Origin: Acidobacteriota bacterium
Lineage (GTDB): Bacteria > Acidobacteriota > Blastocatellia > RBC074
Direction: 5' to 3'
Assembly (NCBI GenBank): GCA_022614735.1
Contig: JAKEHZ010000041.1
Coordinates: 1 to 53,884 of the forward strand
Length of the DNA stretch: 53,884 bases
Under the pieces are notes generated by a model. The model searched no databases, was not told the origin of the DNA, and was given only the letters and a program-made list of their open reading frames with translations. Below, piece by piece: positions 1 to 7,810 of this stretch (position 1 is the first letter of the stretch; each line of letters opens with the position of its first letter). A program made the translations under genes and the position numbers.

Positions 1-209
1 GGGACGAATGCAGCGTTGCTTTTCAAACGATACGAAAAGTGAAGTAGAAGAGAGAATGCGAGGCAACAAGAATTGGCGAAAATAGACGAAACAAGCGAAA
101 ATGGGCACCTTTCGCTTGTTTCGTCTATTTTCGCCAATTCTTGTTGCCTCGCATTCTCTCTTCTACTTCACTTTTCGTATCGTTTGAAAAGCAACGCTGC
201 ATTCGTCCC
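1..209. repeat. Perfect 100-bp inverted repeat (arms 1-100 and 110-209, 9-nt loop ATGGGCACC) that reaches the window edge. The outer ~41 bp of each arm are the fabF 3' coding end and its mirror image.
   Basis: The reverse complement of 1-100 equals 110-209 base for base. The + strand 1-42 reads GTNAALLFKRYEK-stop, identical to the fabF C-terminus encoded on the - strand at 168-209. The inner arm has ~9-nt units (GGCGAAAAT/AGACGAAAC/AAGCGAAAA). Confidence 0.9.
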
Positions 210-1418
210 ACCAAACCCAAAACTATTGGACAACGCGTAACGAATACTCGCCGCGCGCGGCTGGTTCGGTACGAAATCAAGATCGCATTCCGGGTCCGGG
301 GTTTCGTAATTGATCGTCGGCGGCAGCATCTGATGATAGACAGTAAGCGTGGTGACTCCCGCTTCGAGCCCGCCAGCGCCGCCCAGCAAGTGTCCGGTCA
401 TTGATTTGGTCGAGCTGGCTGCGAGTTCATAAGCGTGATTGCCGAAGGCAGATTTGATCGCATTGGTTTCGTTAACATCACCGACCGGAGTCGATGTCCC
501 GTGAACGTTGATGTAATCCACCTCGTTCGGGTCAATTCCTGCATCTTTCATCGTTTTAAGCATAACACGGCGAGGGCCATCCAGATCCGGCATAGTAATA
601 TGGAAAGCATCGCTGGTCATTCCGTAGCCTACGACTTCGGCATAAATCCTGGCGCCCCGCGTCATTGCATGCTCGTGTTCTTCGAGGACCAAAATCCCCG
701 CCCCTTCACCAATGACGAAGCCATCACGGCCTTTGTCAAATGGGCGTGAGGCACTCGGCGGGTCCTCGTTGCGTGTCGAAAGTGCGTGCATTGCCGCAAA
801 TCCGCCAATCGACATCGGTGTAATAGCGCCTTCAGTTCCGCCACAGATCATCGCCGTAGCGTCGCCGCGCTGGATGATTTTGAAACTGTCACCCAGGGCG
901 TGCGCGCCGGAACTGCAAGCCGTCGCAGTGGCGGAGTTCGGCCCTTTCGCTCCGCTGTAGATCGAGACGTAACCTGAGGCGAGGTTGATAATCGATGCCG
1001 GGATGAAGAAGGGTGAGATGCGTCCCGGCCCACCTTCCAACATCTTCGAGTGCTCACGTTCGAAGACGCTGAAACCGCCAATGCCGCTGCCGATGAAAAC
1101 TCCGACCCCTTCCGCGTTCTCCTGAGTGATTTTCAATCCGGAATCAGCGAGCGCCTCTTTCGCAGCCGCGATAGCAAAGTAGATGAAATAGTCCATCTTC
1201 TTGAGTTCTTTCTTCTCGACAAATTTGAGCGGCTCGAATCCCTTGGTTTCAGCAGCGAAACGAACTTTATGTTGGCTGGTGTCGAAGCGCGTGATGTAAT
1301 CCACACCGCTGTGGCCGGCAATCAAACCAGACCATGTCTCCTCGGTTGTGTTGCCGAGCGGGCTGACCAGGCCGATACCGGTGACTACCACTCGCCTCTT
1401 GATTATCTGGTTGTTCAC
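168..1418 (-). CDS. fabF: Beta-ketoacyl-ACP synthase II (KAS II)
   Basis: KRRVVVTGIG N-terminus, active-site Cys in ATACSSGAHA, HGTSTPVGD and GHLLGGAG motifs. The ORF track starts at TTG 1445. I prefer GTG 1418, which is preceded by GAGGAAG. Confidence 0.93.
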   Translation of the reverse strand: MNNQIIKRRVVVTGIGLVSPLGNTTEETWSGLIAGHSGVDYITRFDTSQHKVRFAAETKGFEPLKFVEKKELKKMDYFIYFAIAAAKEALADSGLKITQENAEGVGVFIGSGIGGFSVFEREHSKMLEGGPGRISPFFIPASIINLASGYVSIYSGAKGPNSATATACSSGAHALGDSFKIIQRGDATAMICGGTEGAITPMSIGGFAAMHALSTRNEDPPSASRPFDKGRDGFVIGEGAGILVLEEHEHAMTRGARIYAEVVGYGMTSDAFHITMPDLDGPRRVMLKTMKDAGIDPNEVDYINVHGTSTPVGDVNETNAIKSAFGNHAYELAASSTKSMTGHLLGGAGGLEAGVTTLTVYHQMLPPTINYETPDPECDLDFVPNQPRAASIRYALSNSFGFGGTNAALLFKRYEK

Positions 1419-1438
1419 GAATTTCTTCCTCTTCTGAG

Positions 1439-1461
1439 ATCTCAAATTTGAAATTTGAGAT
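1439..1461. promoter_or_regulatory. 11-bp perfect palindrome ATCTCAAATTT-G-AAATTTGAGAT just upstream of fabF
   Basis: Read directly from the sequence. It lies in the acpP-fabF spacer, 21 nt upstream of the preferred fabF start. Its function (operator or small hairpin) is unknown. Confidence 0.4.
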
Positions 1462-1496
1462 ATGAGATAACGCCACTCCCTGTAGTAGAAACTGAA

Positions 1497-1578
1497 TCAG
1501 CCACAAAAAGACACGAGCGATACAAAAGTAATCCGAAGTTCAATCAGCTTTTGTATATTTAGTGCCTCTTGTGGCTCA
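1497..1578. repeat. Degenerate (~75% complementary) inverted repeat 3' of acpP, possibly a decayed member of the hairpin class
   Basis: TCAGCCACAAAAAGACACGAGCGATACAAAAG pairs with CTTTTGTATATTTAGTGCCTCTTGTGGCTCA. It lies ~30 nt downstream of the acpP stop. Confidence 0.55.
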
Positions 1579-1609
1579 TTCTTTCGCGCGGGCGATGAGA
1601 CTTTAGCGC

Positions 1610-1849
1610 CTATTTTTTGTGCTCATCGATGTAGGCGATGGCATCGCGCACGCTCTGAATCTTTTCGGCCTCTTCGTCAGGGATCTCGATCCCGAACTCC
1701 TCCTCAAAGCGCATTACCAGTTCGACCGTGTCGAGCGAATCTGCTCCGAGATCGTCGATGAAACGCGCATTCGGGGTTACTTCCGATTCATCCACCCCAA
1801 GCTCATCTACAATTATCTGTTTAACCTTATCTTCGATTGATTCTGCCAT
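1610..1849 (-). CDS. acpP: Acyl carrier protein
   Basis: [12 protein letters not shown] phosphopantetheine-attachment motif. ATG at 1849 is preceded by GGAGGAAC. The track ORF begins at an upstream TTG (1861). Confidence 0.95.
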   Translation of the reverse strand: MAESIEDKVKQIIVDELGVDESEVTPNARFIDDLGADSLDTVELVMRFEEEFGIEIPDEEAEKIQSVRDAIAYIDEHKK

Positions 1850-1863
1850 GAGTTCCTCCAAAA

Positions 1864-1981
1864 GTGATTGCGGACTTATGATTGCGGATTGCGGATTGCG
1901 GATTGCGGATTGATTGCGGGAAACTTCTCTTCAAATCCGCAATCCGCAATCCGCAATCCGCAATCATTAGTCCGCGATCAC
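1864..1981. repeat. Family A hairpin: (GATTGCG)n heptamer arms with a GTGATYGCGGACTWATG outer stem
   Basis: Arms ~1864-1911 and 1933-1981 have 2 mismatches. The element fills the whole fabG-acpP spacer, and the right arm contains the fabG stop codon (1978-1980). Confidence 0.9.
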
Positions 1982-2721
1982 ATATACATACCACCGTTTA
2001 CATTTATTACCTGGCCCGTAATATAGCCTGCCTCATCTGAGGCGAGAAATGCAACCGCATAGGCTATGTCAAGATCTGTCCCTGGACGTTTCAACGGGAT
2101 CTGCTCGAGCATTGCATTGCGTGCCGTTTCGTTCAAAGCCGACGTCATCGGTGTCTCGATGAAACCCGGAGCAATGGCATTGACCGTGATGTTGCGCGAA
2201 GCGTATTCGCGCGCGACTGCTTTTGTGAATCCGATGATGCCCGCTTTTGCCGAGATGTAATTCACCTGGCCGACATTGCCTGACTGGGCGACGACCGAAG
2301 TCAGATTAATAATGCGGCCGCGACGGGCTTTGGTCATCATCGGCAATACCTGCTGGGTCAGCAGGAAAACCCCCGTCAGATTGGTATTGATCACATCAGA
2401 CCAATCCTCTCGCTTCATGCGTAACATCAATCCATCGCGCGTAATGGCTGCGTTGTTGACCAGGATACTAACCGCACCGAGCTCAGATGAGACCTTTTCA
2501 ACGGCGGCCTTGATCTCATCAGCATTGGCCAGATCGCCACGTACCGCCACCGCGCGACGACCCCCTGCTCGTATTTCATCAGCAACGGCTTCACATTTAT
2601 CCAGCGAACGAGCCATCACTGCGACATCGGCGCCAAACTCGGATAAGACCTTAGCCGTGGCCCGACCGATACCTCGCGAGCCGCCGGTCACCAGCGCGAT
2701 TTGTCCTTTAAGATTAAACAT
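1978..2721 (-). CDS. fabG: 3-oxoacyl-ACP reductase (SDR)
   Basis: TGGSRGIG cofactor motif, NYISAKAG (YxxxK), position in the fab cluster. Confidence 0.93.
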   Translation of the reverse strand: MFNLKGQIALVTGGSRGIGRATAKVLSEFGADVAVMARSLDKCEAVADEIRAGGRRAVAVRGDLANADEIKAAVEKVSSELGAVSILVNNAAITRDGLMLRMKREDWSDVINTNLTGVFLLTQQVLPMMTKARRGRIINLTSVVAQSGNVGQVNYISAKAGIIGFTKAVAREYASRNITVNAIAPGFIETPMTSALNETARNAMLEQIPLKRPGTDLDIAYAVAFLASDEAGYITGQVINVNGGMYM

Positions 2722-2725
2722 ATTT

Positions 2726-2829
2726 GATTGCGGACTACTGATTGCGGATTGCGGACTGCGGATTGCGGATTTAATAGGAACTTCCTTCTAAATCCGCAAT
2801 CCGCAATCCGCAATCCGCAATCCGCAATC
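2726..2829. repeat. Family A hairpin (imperfect) between fabD and fabG
   Basis: Left arm 2726-2772 is GATTGCGGACTACTGATTGCGG(ATTGCGG/ACTGCGG)n. Right arm 2790-2829 is AAATCCGC(AATCCGC)n. The fabD reading frame runs through the right arm and loop. Confidence 0.9.
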
Positions 2830-3715
2830 CCACGTCCTTCCCTGATTCTCTGGCGATTGCCTTGACCAGACCGGTCAACACTTTACCCGGACCAACTTCA
2901 ACAAAAGTATCAACGCCCTGGTCGAGCATATACATGACGCTTTCGGCCCAACGCACTGGCGCAGAAATCTGGCGAATGAGTGCTCCGCGGGCTTGCGCGC
3001 CGGCAGTCACGAACTCCGCATCTACGTTGTTAATAATAGGGAATGAGAGATCATTGAAAGTCGTTGCTTCAAGTAATTCTGCCATTTTCTCCTGCACCGG
3101 CAACATCAAAGCCGAATGGAATGGCGCGCTGACTTTGAGCATTATCACACGCTTTGCGCCTCGCGTTTTGCATTCCTCAACTGCGCGTTCGACAGCTTCC
3201 TTATGCCCGGCGATAACAATCTGTGTCTGCGAATTGAAATTGGCCGGTGCACAAATTTGATCTCGAGCAGCAGCGGCGCAAGCTTCGGAAACTCTGCTGG
3301 CATCAATTCCCAGGACCGCAGCCATGGCGCCGGTGCCAAGAGGCACAGCCTCCTGCATCAATTCGCCTCGGCGACGTACCAGGCGGACCGCATCGCTCAA
3401 ACTCAGAGCCCCGGCGGCGACCAGTGCAGAGTACTCACCCAAACTATGGCCGGCAACGAAATCAGGGTTAATGCCTCTTTCAGACAGCAAGCGATAAGCT
3501 GCAACCGATACAGCCAGGATAGCTGGTTGCGTACTGGCAGTGAGTTGTAGAGTCTCTTCCGGGCCATTGAAGCAGAGGCTGCTCAAACTAAAGCCAAGCG
3601 CACGATCCGCTTCGTCAAAAACTGCGTGAGCGGCTGGAAATGCCTGGGCCAGCTCTCGCCCCATACCGGCGTGTTGTGAACCCTGACCGGGGAAGATGAA
3701 TGCGGTTTTACCCAT
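2771..3715 (-). CDS. fabD: Malonyl-CoA:ACP transacylase; the last ~19 codons are encoded by the family A repeat
   Basis: GHSLGEYSAL active site, GQGSQ, GPGKVLTGL. The C-terminal [19 protein letters not shown] is translated from AATCCGC repeats. Confidence 0.92.
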   Translation of the reverse strand: MGKTAFIFPGQGSQHAGMGRELAQAFPAAHAVFDEADRALGFSLSSLCFNGPEETLQLTASTQPAILAVSVAAYRLLSERGINPDFVAGHSLGEYSALVAAGALSLSDAVRLVRRRGELMQEAVPLGTGAMAAVLGIDASRVSEACAAAARDQICAPANFNSQTQIVIAGHKEAVERAVEECKTRGAKRVIMLKVSAPFHSALMLPVQEKMAELLEATTFNDLSFPIINNVDAEFVTAGAQARGALIRQISAPVRWAESVMYMLDQGVDTFVEVGPGKVLTGLVKAIARESGKDVGLRIADCGLRIADLEGSSY

Positions 3716-3721
3716 AGACTA

Positions 3722-4747
3722 TCAACTGATCACCGCCATCCGACCGAGTTCGCTCTCGATACGTTCGCTCAATTTGCCTTTGTAAAACTCTTTGGCGACG
3801 CGGATAGCGTTCCGGATCGCTTTAGCGTTAGAGCTGCCGTGGCATATCACGCAGATCTGCTTGCAACCCAGCAGCGGCGCGCCGCCGAACTCCGAATAAT
3901 CAAGGCGCTTTTTGACGCTGCGGAATGCATTAAGCGATAGCATCGCTCCGATCTGCGTCAGGATTGTCTGCCCGAGCTCAGTCTTGAGCAGACCCATAAT
4001 CGCTTCAACCAGGCCCTCGCTCGTTTTCAAGATGACATTGCCTGTGAAGCCATCAGAGACTATCACGTCGACATCGCCGGTGAAGATGTCGCGCCCTTCG
4101 ACATTGCCGATAAAGTTAATGGGCGCCGCCTTCATGAGATTCAGAGTCTCTCTGGTCAATTCGTTCCCTTTGACATCCTCTTCGCCGATGCTCATCAAGC
4201 CGACATTTGGGTTGCGCACGCCGAGGATCGATCGCGAGTAGATTGAACCCATAATCGCGAACTGTTTGAGATGCTCGGGCTTGCATTCGGCATTTGCCCC
4301 GACATCGAGCAGAACAGTGCCAACTCCTTTGAGCGTGGGGAAGATGCCTGCGAGAGCCGGTCGGTCGACCGAGGGAAGAGTGCCAAGCATGAGTTTGGCC
4401 GTCGCCATGACGGCGCCCGTATTGCCCGCGCTCACCAGACCGTGCGCCTTTCCTTCGCGTACCAGTCTGGCTGCCACACGAATTGAGGAATCTCGTTTAC
4501 GACGCACAGCTTGCGCCACCGGATCATCCATAGTGATGATTTCTCTCGCATCGATGATTTCGATATGGAGGCGTTGTTTGCGTGGATTGGGCACGCCTTG
4601 ATGTTCCAACTCAGCGCGAATGCGTTCTTCCTGCCCGACAAGAAGAATGCGTGCGCGCAGATCGTGTGCAGCCTGAATGGCGCCTTCAACCTCGATGGCG
4701 GGGGCATTATCCCCACCCATTGCATCAACTGCAATTGTGGTGAGCAT
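3722..4747 (-). CDS. plsX: Phosphate acyltransferase
   Basis: Full-length PlsX-like sequence ([15 protein letters not shown]). It sits between rpmF and fabD. Confidence 0.92.
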   Translation of the reverse strand: MLTTIAVDAMGGDNAPAIEVEGAIQAAHDLRARILLVGQEERIRAELEHQGVPNPRKQRLHIEIIDAREIITMDDPVAQAVRRKRDSSIRVAARLVREGKAHGLVSAGNTGAVMATAKLMLGTLPSVDRPALAGIFPTLKGVGTVLLDVGANAECKPEHLKQFAIMGSIYSRSILGVRNPNVGLMSIGEEDVKGNELTRETLNLMKAAPINFIGNVEGRDIFTGDVDVIVSDGFTGNVILKTSEGLVEAIMGLLKTELGQTILTQIGAMLSLNAFRSVKKRLDYSEFGGAPLLGCKQICVICHGSSNAKAIRNAIRVAKEFYKGKLSERIESELGRMAVIS

Positions 4748-4752
4748 TGGAC

Positions 4753-4817
4753 AAGGATGAAGGATGAGGGATGAGGGATGGTGGTGGGATGTGCCACAAG
4801 ATCATATCCTCATCCCC
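4753..4817. repeat. Heptamer tract (AAGGATG AAGGATG AGGGATG AGGGATG GTGGTGG) with a short complementary partner ATCCTCATCCCC
   Basis: Tandem 7-mers at 4753-4787 lie 6 nt upstream of the plsX start. The partial partner is at 4806-4817 in the rpmF-plsX spacer. Confidence 0.7.
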
Positions 4818-4830
4818 GAATTTGATGAGC

Positions 4831-5010
4831 TTATAGCCCTTTTTCAATCACTATGCGCCCGTGATAAAAACCGCAGGACACGCAAACACGATGTGGAAGT
4901 TTCATCGAGCCGCAATTCGGGCAGGCAATCAGGTTGACGCGCTTAAGCGCGTCATGTGATCGCCGCTTTCGGCTGCGCGATTTTGAATGACGTCTTTTAG
5001 GATTTGGCAT
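4831..5010 (-). CDS. rpmF: 50S ribosomal protein L32
   Basis: [19 protein letters not shown]... with a CPNCG...CVSCG zinc ribbon. ATG 5010 is preceded by GGGAG. The longer track ORF (to 5142) is read-through of the hairpin. Confidence 0.93.
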   Translation of the reverse strand: MPNPKRRHSKSRSRKRRSHDALKRVNLIACPNCGSMKLPHRVCVSCGFYHGRIVIEKGL

Positions 5011-5044
5011 GGTTAATCTCCCAATAAAAATAATTGCAGTATTT

Positions 5045-5145
5045 TGAATGCGGACTACTGATTGCGGAATGCGGATTTGATAATGAAAGTTTCTCTTAAA
5101 TCCGCAATCCGCAATCCGCAATCCGCAATCAGTAGTCCGCATTCA
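5045..5145. repeat. Family A hairpin with unequal arms (left arm two heptamer units shorter than the right)
   Basis: Left arm 5045-5078 is TGAATGCGGACTACTGATTGCGGAATGCGGATTT. Right arm 5098-5145 is AAATCCGC(AATCCGC)3AATCAGTAGTCCGCATTCA. The right arm includes the stop codon of the DUF177 gene (5143-5145). Confidence 0.9.
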
Positions 5146-5610
5146 ACAGTCACATTGCTCAACATTCAAGTCTGCGCCGCACTGCGTGCATAACCCCCGG
5201 CAGTCTTCACGGCAGAGCACGCGGCTGGGCAGGTTCAGTTCCAATTGCTCGAGCACCATCTCATCGAGATTGATCTCATCGTTCTCGTACATAGCGAAGT
5301 CAAGATCACGAGAGTTTAACTCGATTTCGCCTGTTCTGCTTTCGCCTGTATCCTCAGGGGTATAGAAGAGATCGACTGGAATCTCGAAGTTCAGAGGTAC
5401 TTGGTTCAAACAACGATCACAAGGAGCCACAAGCAAAGCTTTAATATTGCCGCGTAGCCGCATATCCATACCCGCGCGATCCACGCGTCCGGTCACCAGA
5501 GGCGGTTCCTGCAACTCAAACTCAAAATTGCCGGTATCGAGTTCGCCTGCCTGATATTGATGCTTGAAACGGAGCCCGTCAACAGGCAAGCGCACTAGCG
5601 AGATAATCAT
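5143..5610 (-). CDS. yceD: YceD/DUF177 family protein (large-subunit rRNA accumulation protein)
   Basis: Conserved position upstream of rpmF-plsX. Cys pairs (CDRC ... CREDCRGLCTQCG). ATG 5610 is preceded by GAGGGAAAG. Confidence 0.8.
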   Translation of the reverse strand: MIISLVRLPVDGLRFKHQYQAGELDTGNFEFELQEPPLVTGRVDRAGMDMRLRGNIKALLVAPCDRCLNQVPLNFEIPVDLFYTPEDTGESRTGEIELNSRDLDFAMYENDEINLDEMVLEQLELNLPSRVLCREDCRGLCTQCGADLNVEQCDC

Positions 5611-5780
5611 CTTTCCCTCGGTGCTGGCAAAGTGACTAATTATATTTGGGGTCAAATGTTTGTCAACCTGTGTGAACGGGGCTACGTACCAACCGCGTAC
5701 TCATCCCGGTTCTACGACACGGTTAACTGAAGACTGTGCAAATTAAATTTGGTTGTTATCAACAAAAACAGGCTTATCGA

Positions 5781-5902
5781 GAAAGCGGATTCACCGCCGA
5801 GGCGCAGAGATCGCAGAGGAAGCGCAGAGTGCTCACATGAACTCCCGTTAACTCTCTGCGTCTCCTCTGCGATCTCTGCGCCTCGGCGGTGAATCCGCTT
5901 TC
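5781..5902. repeat. Locus-specific hairpin: 39-bp perfect outer arms with an inner GCGCAGAG ~10-nt tandem section
   Basis: 5781-5819 is the exact reverse complement of 5864-5902. The inner part (CGCAGAG units) pairs imperfectly. It lies ~50 nt 3' of the MFS gene stop. Confidence 0.88.
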
Positions 5903-5952
5903 ATAATTCGAAACGATAGATTCAACTGGGCTTTTATTTGCACCAGCTTCAG

Positions 5953-7278
5953 TTAACTGATCTCCTGGGGTTCATCGAGAGGCGTGACCGGATCAATGAA
6001 TATCCAGCAAAATGCCCCCAGAAAATATATGGCGGCGGAGATGTAGAACGTGATTGCCCAATTTTGATTGGTCGCCAGAAGGATGTAACCCACCGCTAAC
6101 GGTCCGAACGCGCCGCCAAGATTTCCCATCATATTCATGCTGCCCGACAGAGTGCCGGCATACTTGCCACCGACGTCCATGCAGGCGCTCCAGCTCGGCG
6201 GCATGACGAGATCGTTGGAGAAGCTGGCCAGTCCCATGGCGACCATCGCCCACAACGGATCCGCGATATTGACCGAGAGTACCAGACACGACGAAGCACC
6301 GAAGAAGCCTATCCCGGAGAGCCAGCGACGCACGGCTCTGACATTGCCGGTCCGGTGTTCCAGGTAGGTCGAGAGATAGCCGCAGAAGATCGACCCCAGC
6401 CCGCCGAAAAAGAGGGGCAGGATGGCCAGTAGCGCGCCCTTCGTCATTGACACGCCTCGCGCTTCTTGCAGATAGGTCGGTAACCAGGTGATATAGAAAT
6501 ACCAGCCGTAAGCCAAACATATATACTGCGCCCAGAGCAACCAGACCGTCTTGGATTGCAGAAACCTCCTCCACGGGACCGGCCCGTGAGAGGCGATCAC
6601 AGTTTCGGCCGGCGGCAGTATCGCTTTCTCTGCTTGGTTGAGGCTGGGATGTTCACGCGGATTGTCACGGTACCATCGGAAAAAGAAGATCGCCCAGATC
6701 ACGCCGATCCAGCCGAAAATTTCGAACGCACGCCGCCAGGAGAGGTGATTGAGTATGAGCGCTACCAGGAGCGGGGTAAACGCGCCGCCCCAGCGCGCCG
6801 AGAGCCACATAATGCCTTGCGCTCGCACTCGCTCAGACTTCGGCAGCCAGGTCGTGAAAGCCCTCGTGAGGTTGGGGAAACAACCCGCCTCACCTGCGCC
6901 AAACAAAAAGCGCGTCACCAGCAGTGAAGTAAGATTCCAGACCCAACCCGTAGCGGCGGTGAAGAACGACCACATGAGGACGACGCGCATCAACACCTTG
7001 CGCGCGCCATAGCGGTCACCCATCCAGCCGCCGGGAATCTCAAACAGAGCATAAGCGAGGCCGAAGGCAAAAAAGGCCCATCCCATCTGATCCTTCGTCA
7101 GCCCCAAATCTCGACTGATAAATGGAGCTGCCTGCGAAATGCAGACGCGATCGATGTAAGTGATAACTGCCAGTGTGATGGCGAAGAAAATAACCCAGTA
7201 GCGTGCGCGAGTGGGTTGGTCGAGCGCTGTTTCAACTGTTGATGGTTGAATTACTTTTTCGGCGATCTGTTGTTCCAT
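5953..7278 (-). CDS. MFS transporter (anion:cation symporter / hexuronate-galactonate-like)
   Basis: Multiple predicted TM segments, MGDRYGARKV loop motif. ATG 7278 is preceded by GGAAGGTG (the track starts at GTG 7284). Confidence 0.8.
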   Translation of the reverse strand: MEQQIAEKVIQPSTVETALDQPTRARYWVIFFAITLAVITYIDRVCISQAAPFISRDLGLTKDQMGWAFFAFGLAYALFEIPGGWMGDRYGARKVLMRVVLMWSFFTAATGWVWNLTSLLVTRFLFGAGEAGCFPNLTRAFTTWLPKSERVRAQGIMWLSARWGGAFTPLLVALILNHLSWRRAFEIFGWIGVIWAIFFFRWYRDNPREHPSLNQAEKAILPPAETVIASHGPVPWRRFLQSKTVWLLWAQYICLAYGWYFYITWLPTYLQEARGVSMTKGALLAILPLFFGGLGSIFCGYLSTYLEHRTGNVRAVRRWLSGIGFFGASSCLVLSVNIADPLWAMVAMGLASFSNDLVMPPSWSACMDVGGKYAGTLSGSMNMMGNLGGAFGPLAVGYILLATNQNWAITFYISAAIYFLGAFCWIFIDPVTPLDEPQEIS

Positions 7279-7298
7279 TTGCACCTTCCATGGCGGAG

Positions 7299-7754
7299 TT
7301 ATGCTGTTTCACGATGGCGCACGAGTTCGACCGAACAATGCGCATGCGTTGCTATTGCGTGTGAGACCGAGCCGAGTAAGAATTTCTTTAATCCCCTATA
7401 ACCATGTGAACCGATGACAATCAGTTCAGCCCTCCAATTTTCGGCCTCCTCCAGAATCACATCTCTGGCCAGACCATCTTTTATCTCACTGGTGATGGTC
7501 AGATTTGCAACATCGCTGGCTCTGATTTTCTCGACCGCATGTCTAATTGCAGAGTCCGCCTGTTCTCGAGCAGCCTTGTCAAGTTCTACATAATAATTCT
7601 CAGGCAATACCCAGGTGTCGGTTGTCGGGACATAGGCCGGCTCGACGACAGAGATAACTTTAACTTCACTCTCCGCCGGCCAGGGGCGGTCGGCAACTGC
7701 GCTGACTGCTGCTTTGCTGCAATCTGAACCGTCAGTGGCCAATAGAATTTTCAT
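7299..7754 (-). CDS. Universal stress protein (UspA family)
   Basis: MKILLATDGSD ... GSHGYRGLKKFLLGSVS motif. ATG 7754 is preceded by AAGGAG. Confidence 0.85.
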   Translation of the reverse strand: MKILLATDGSDCSKAAVSAVADRPWPAESEVKVISVVEPAYVPTTDTWVLPENYYVELDKAAREQADSAIRHAVEKIRASDVANLTITSEIKDGLARDVILEEAENWRAELIVIGSHGYRGLKKFLLGSVSHAIATHAHCSVELVRHRETA

Positions 7755-7810
7755 AATTATTACTCCTTTTATCATTGAGACTTAAATCAATCAAATATTA
7801 TGATCGGAAT

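Noticed and set aside
1728-2791. Track ORFs 1728-1913 (+) and 2276-2791 (+), whose ends read [15 protein letters not shown]
   Set aside because: They are antisense to acpP and fabG, and their tails are just translations of the heptamer repeat. No independent coding evidence exists.
4831-5142. The long N-terminal extensions in the ORF track for rpmF. The same issue affects acpP, the USP, AraC, both TonB receptors, the HK, the dipeptidase, the quinohemoprotein and the cytochrome c gene.
   Set aside because: The extensions run through hairpins or lack homology. Internal ATG/GTG codons with Shine-Dalgarno sequences or signal peptides give the expected mature N-termini.
1864-5145. The heptamer and 9-mer repeat blocks as CRISPR arrays
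   Set aside because: The units are contiguous 7-9-nt tandem repeats arranged as inverted arms. There are no 25-40-nt repeats separated by unique spacers, and no cas genes are in the window.
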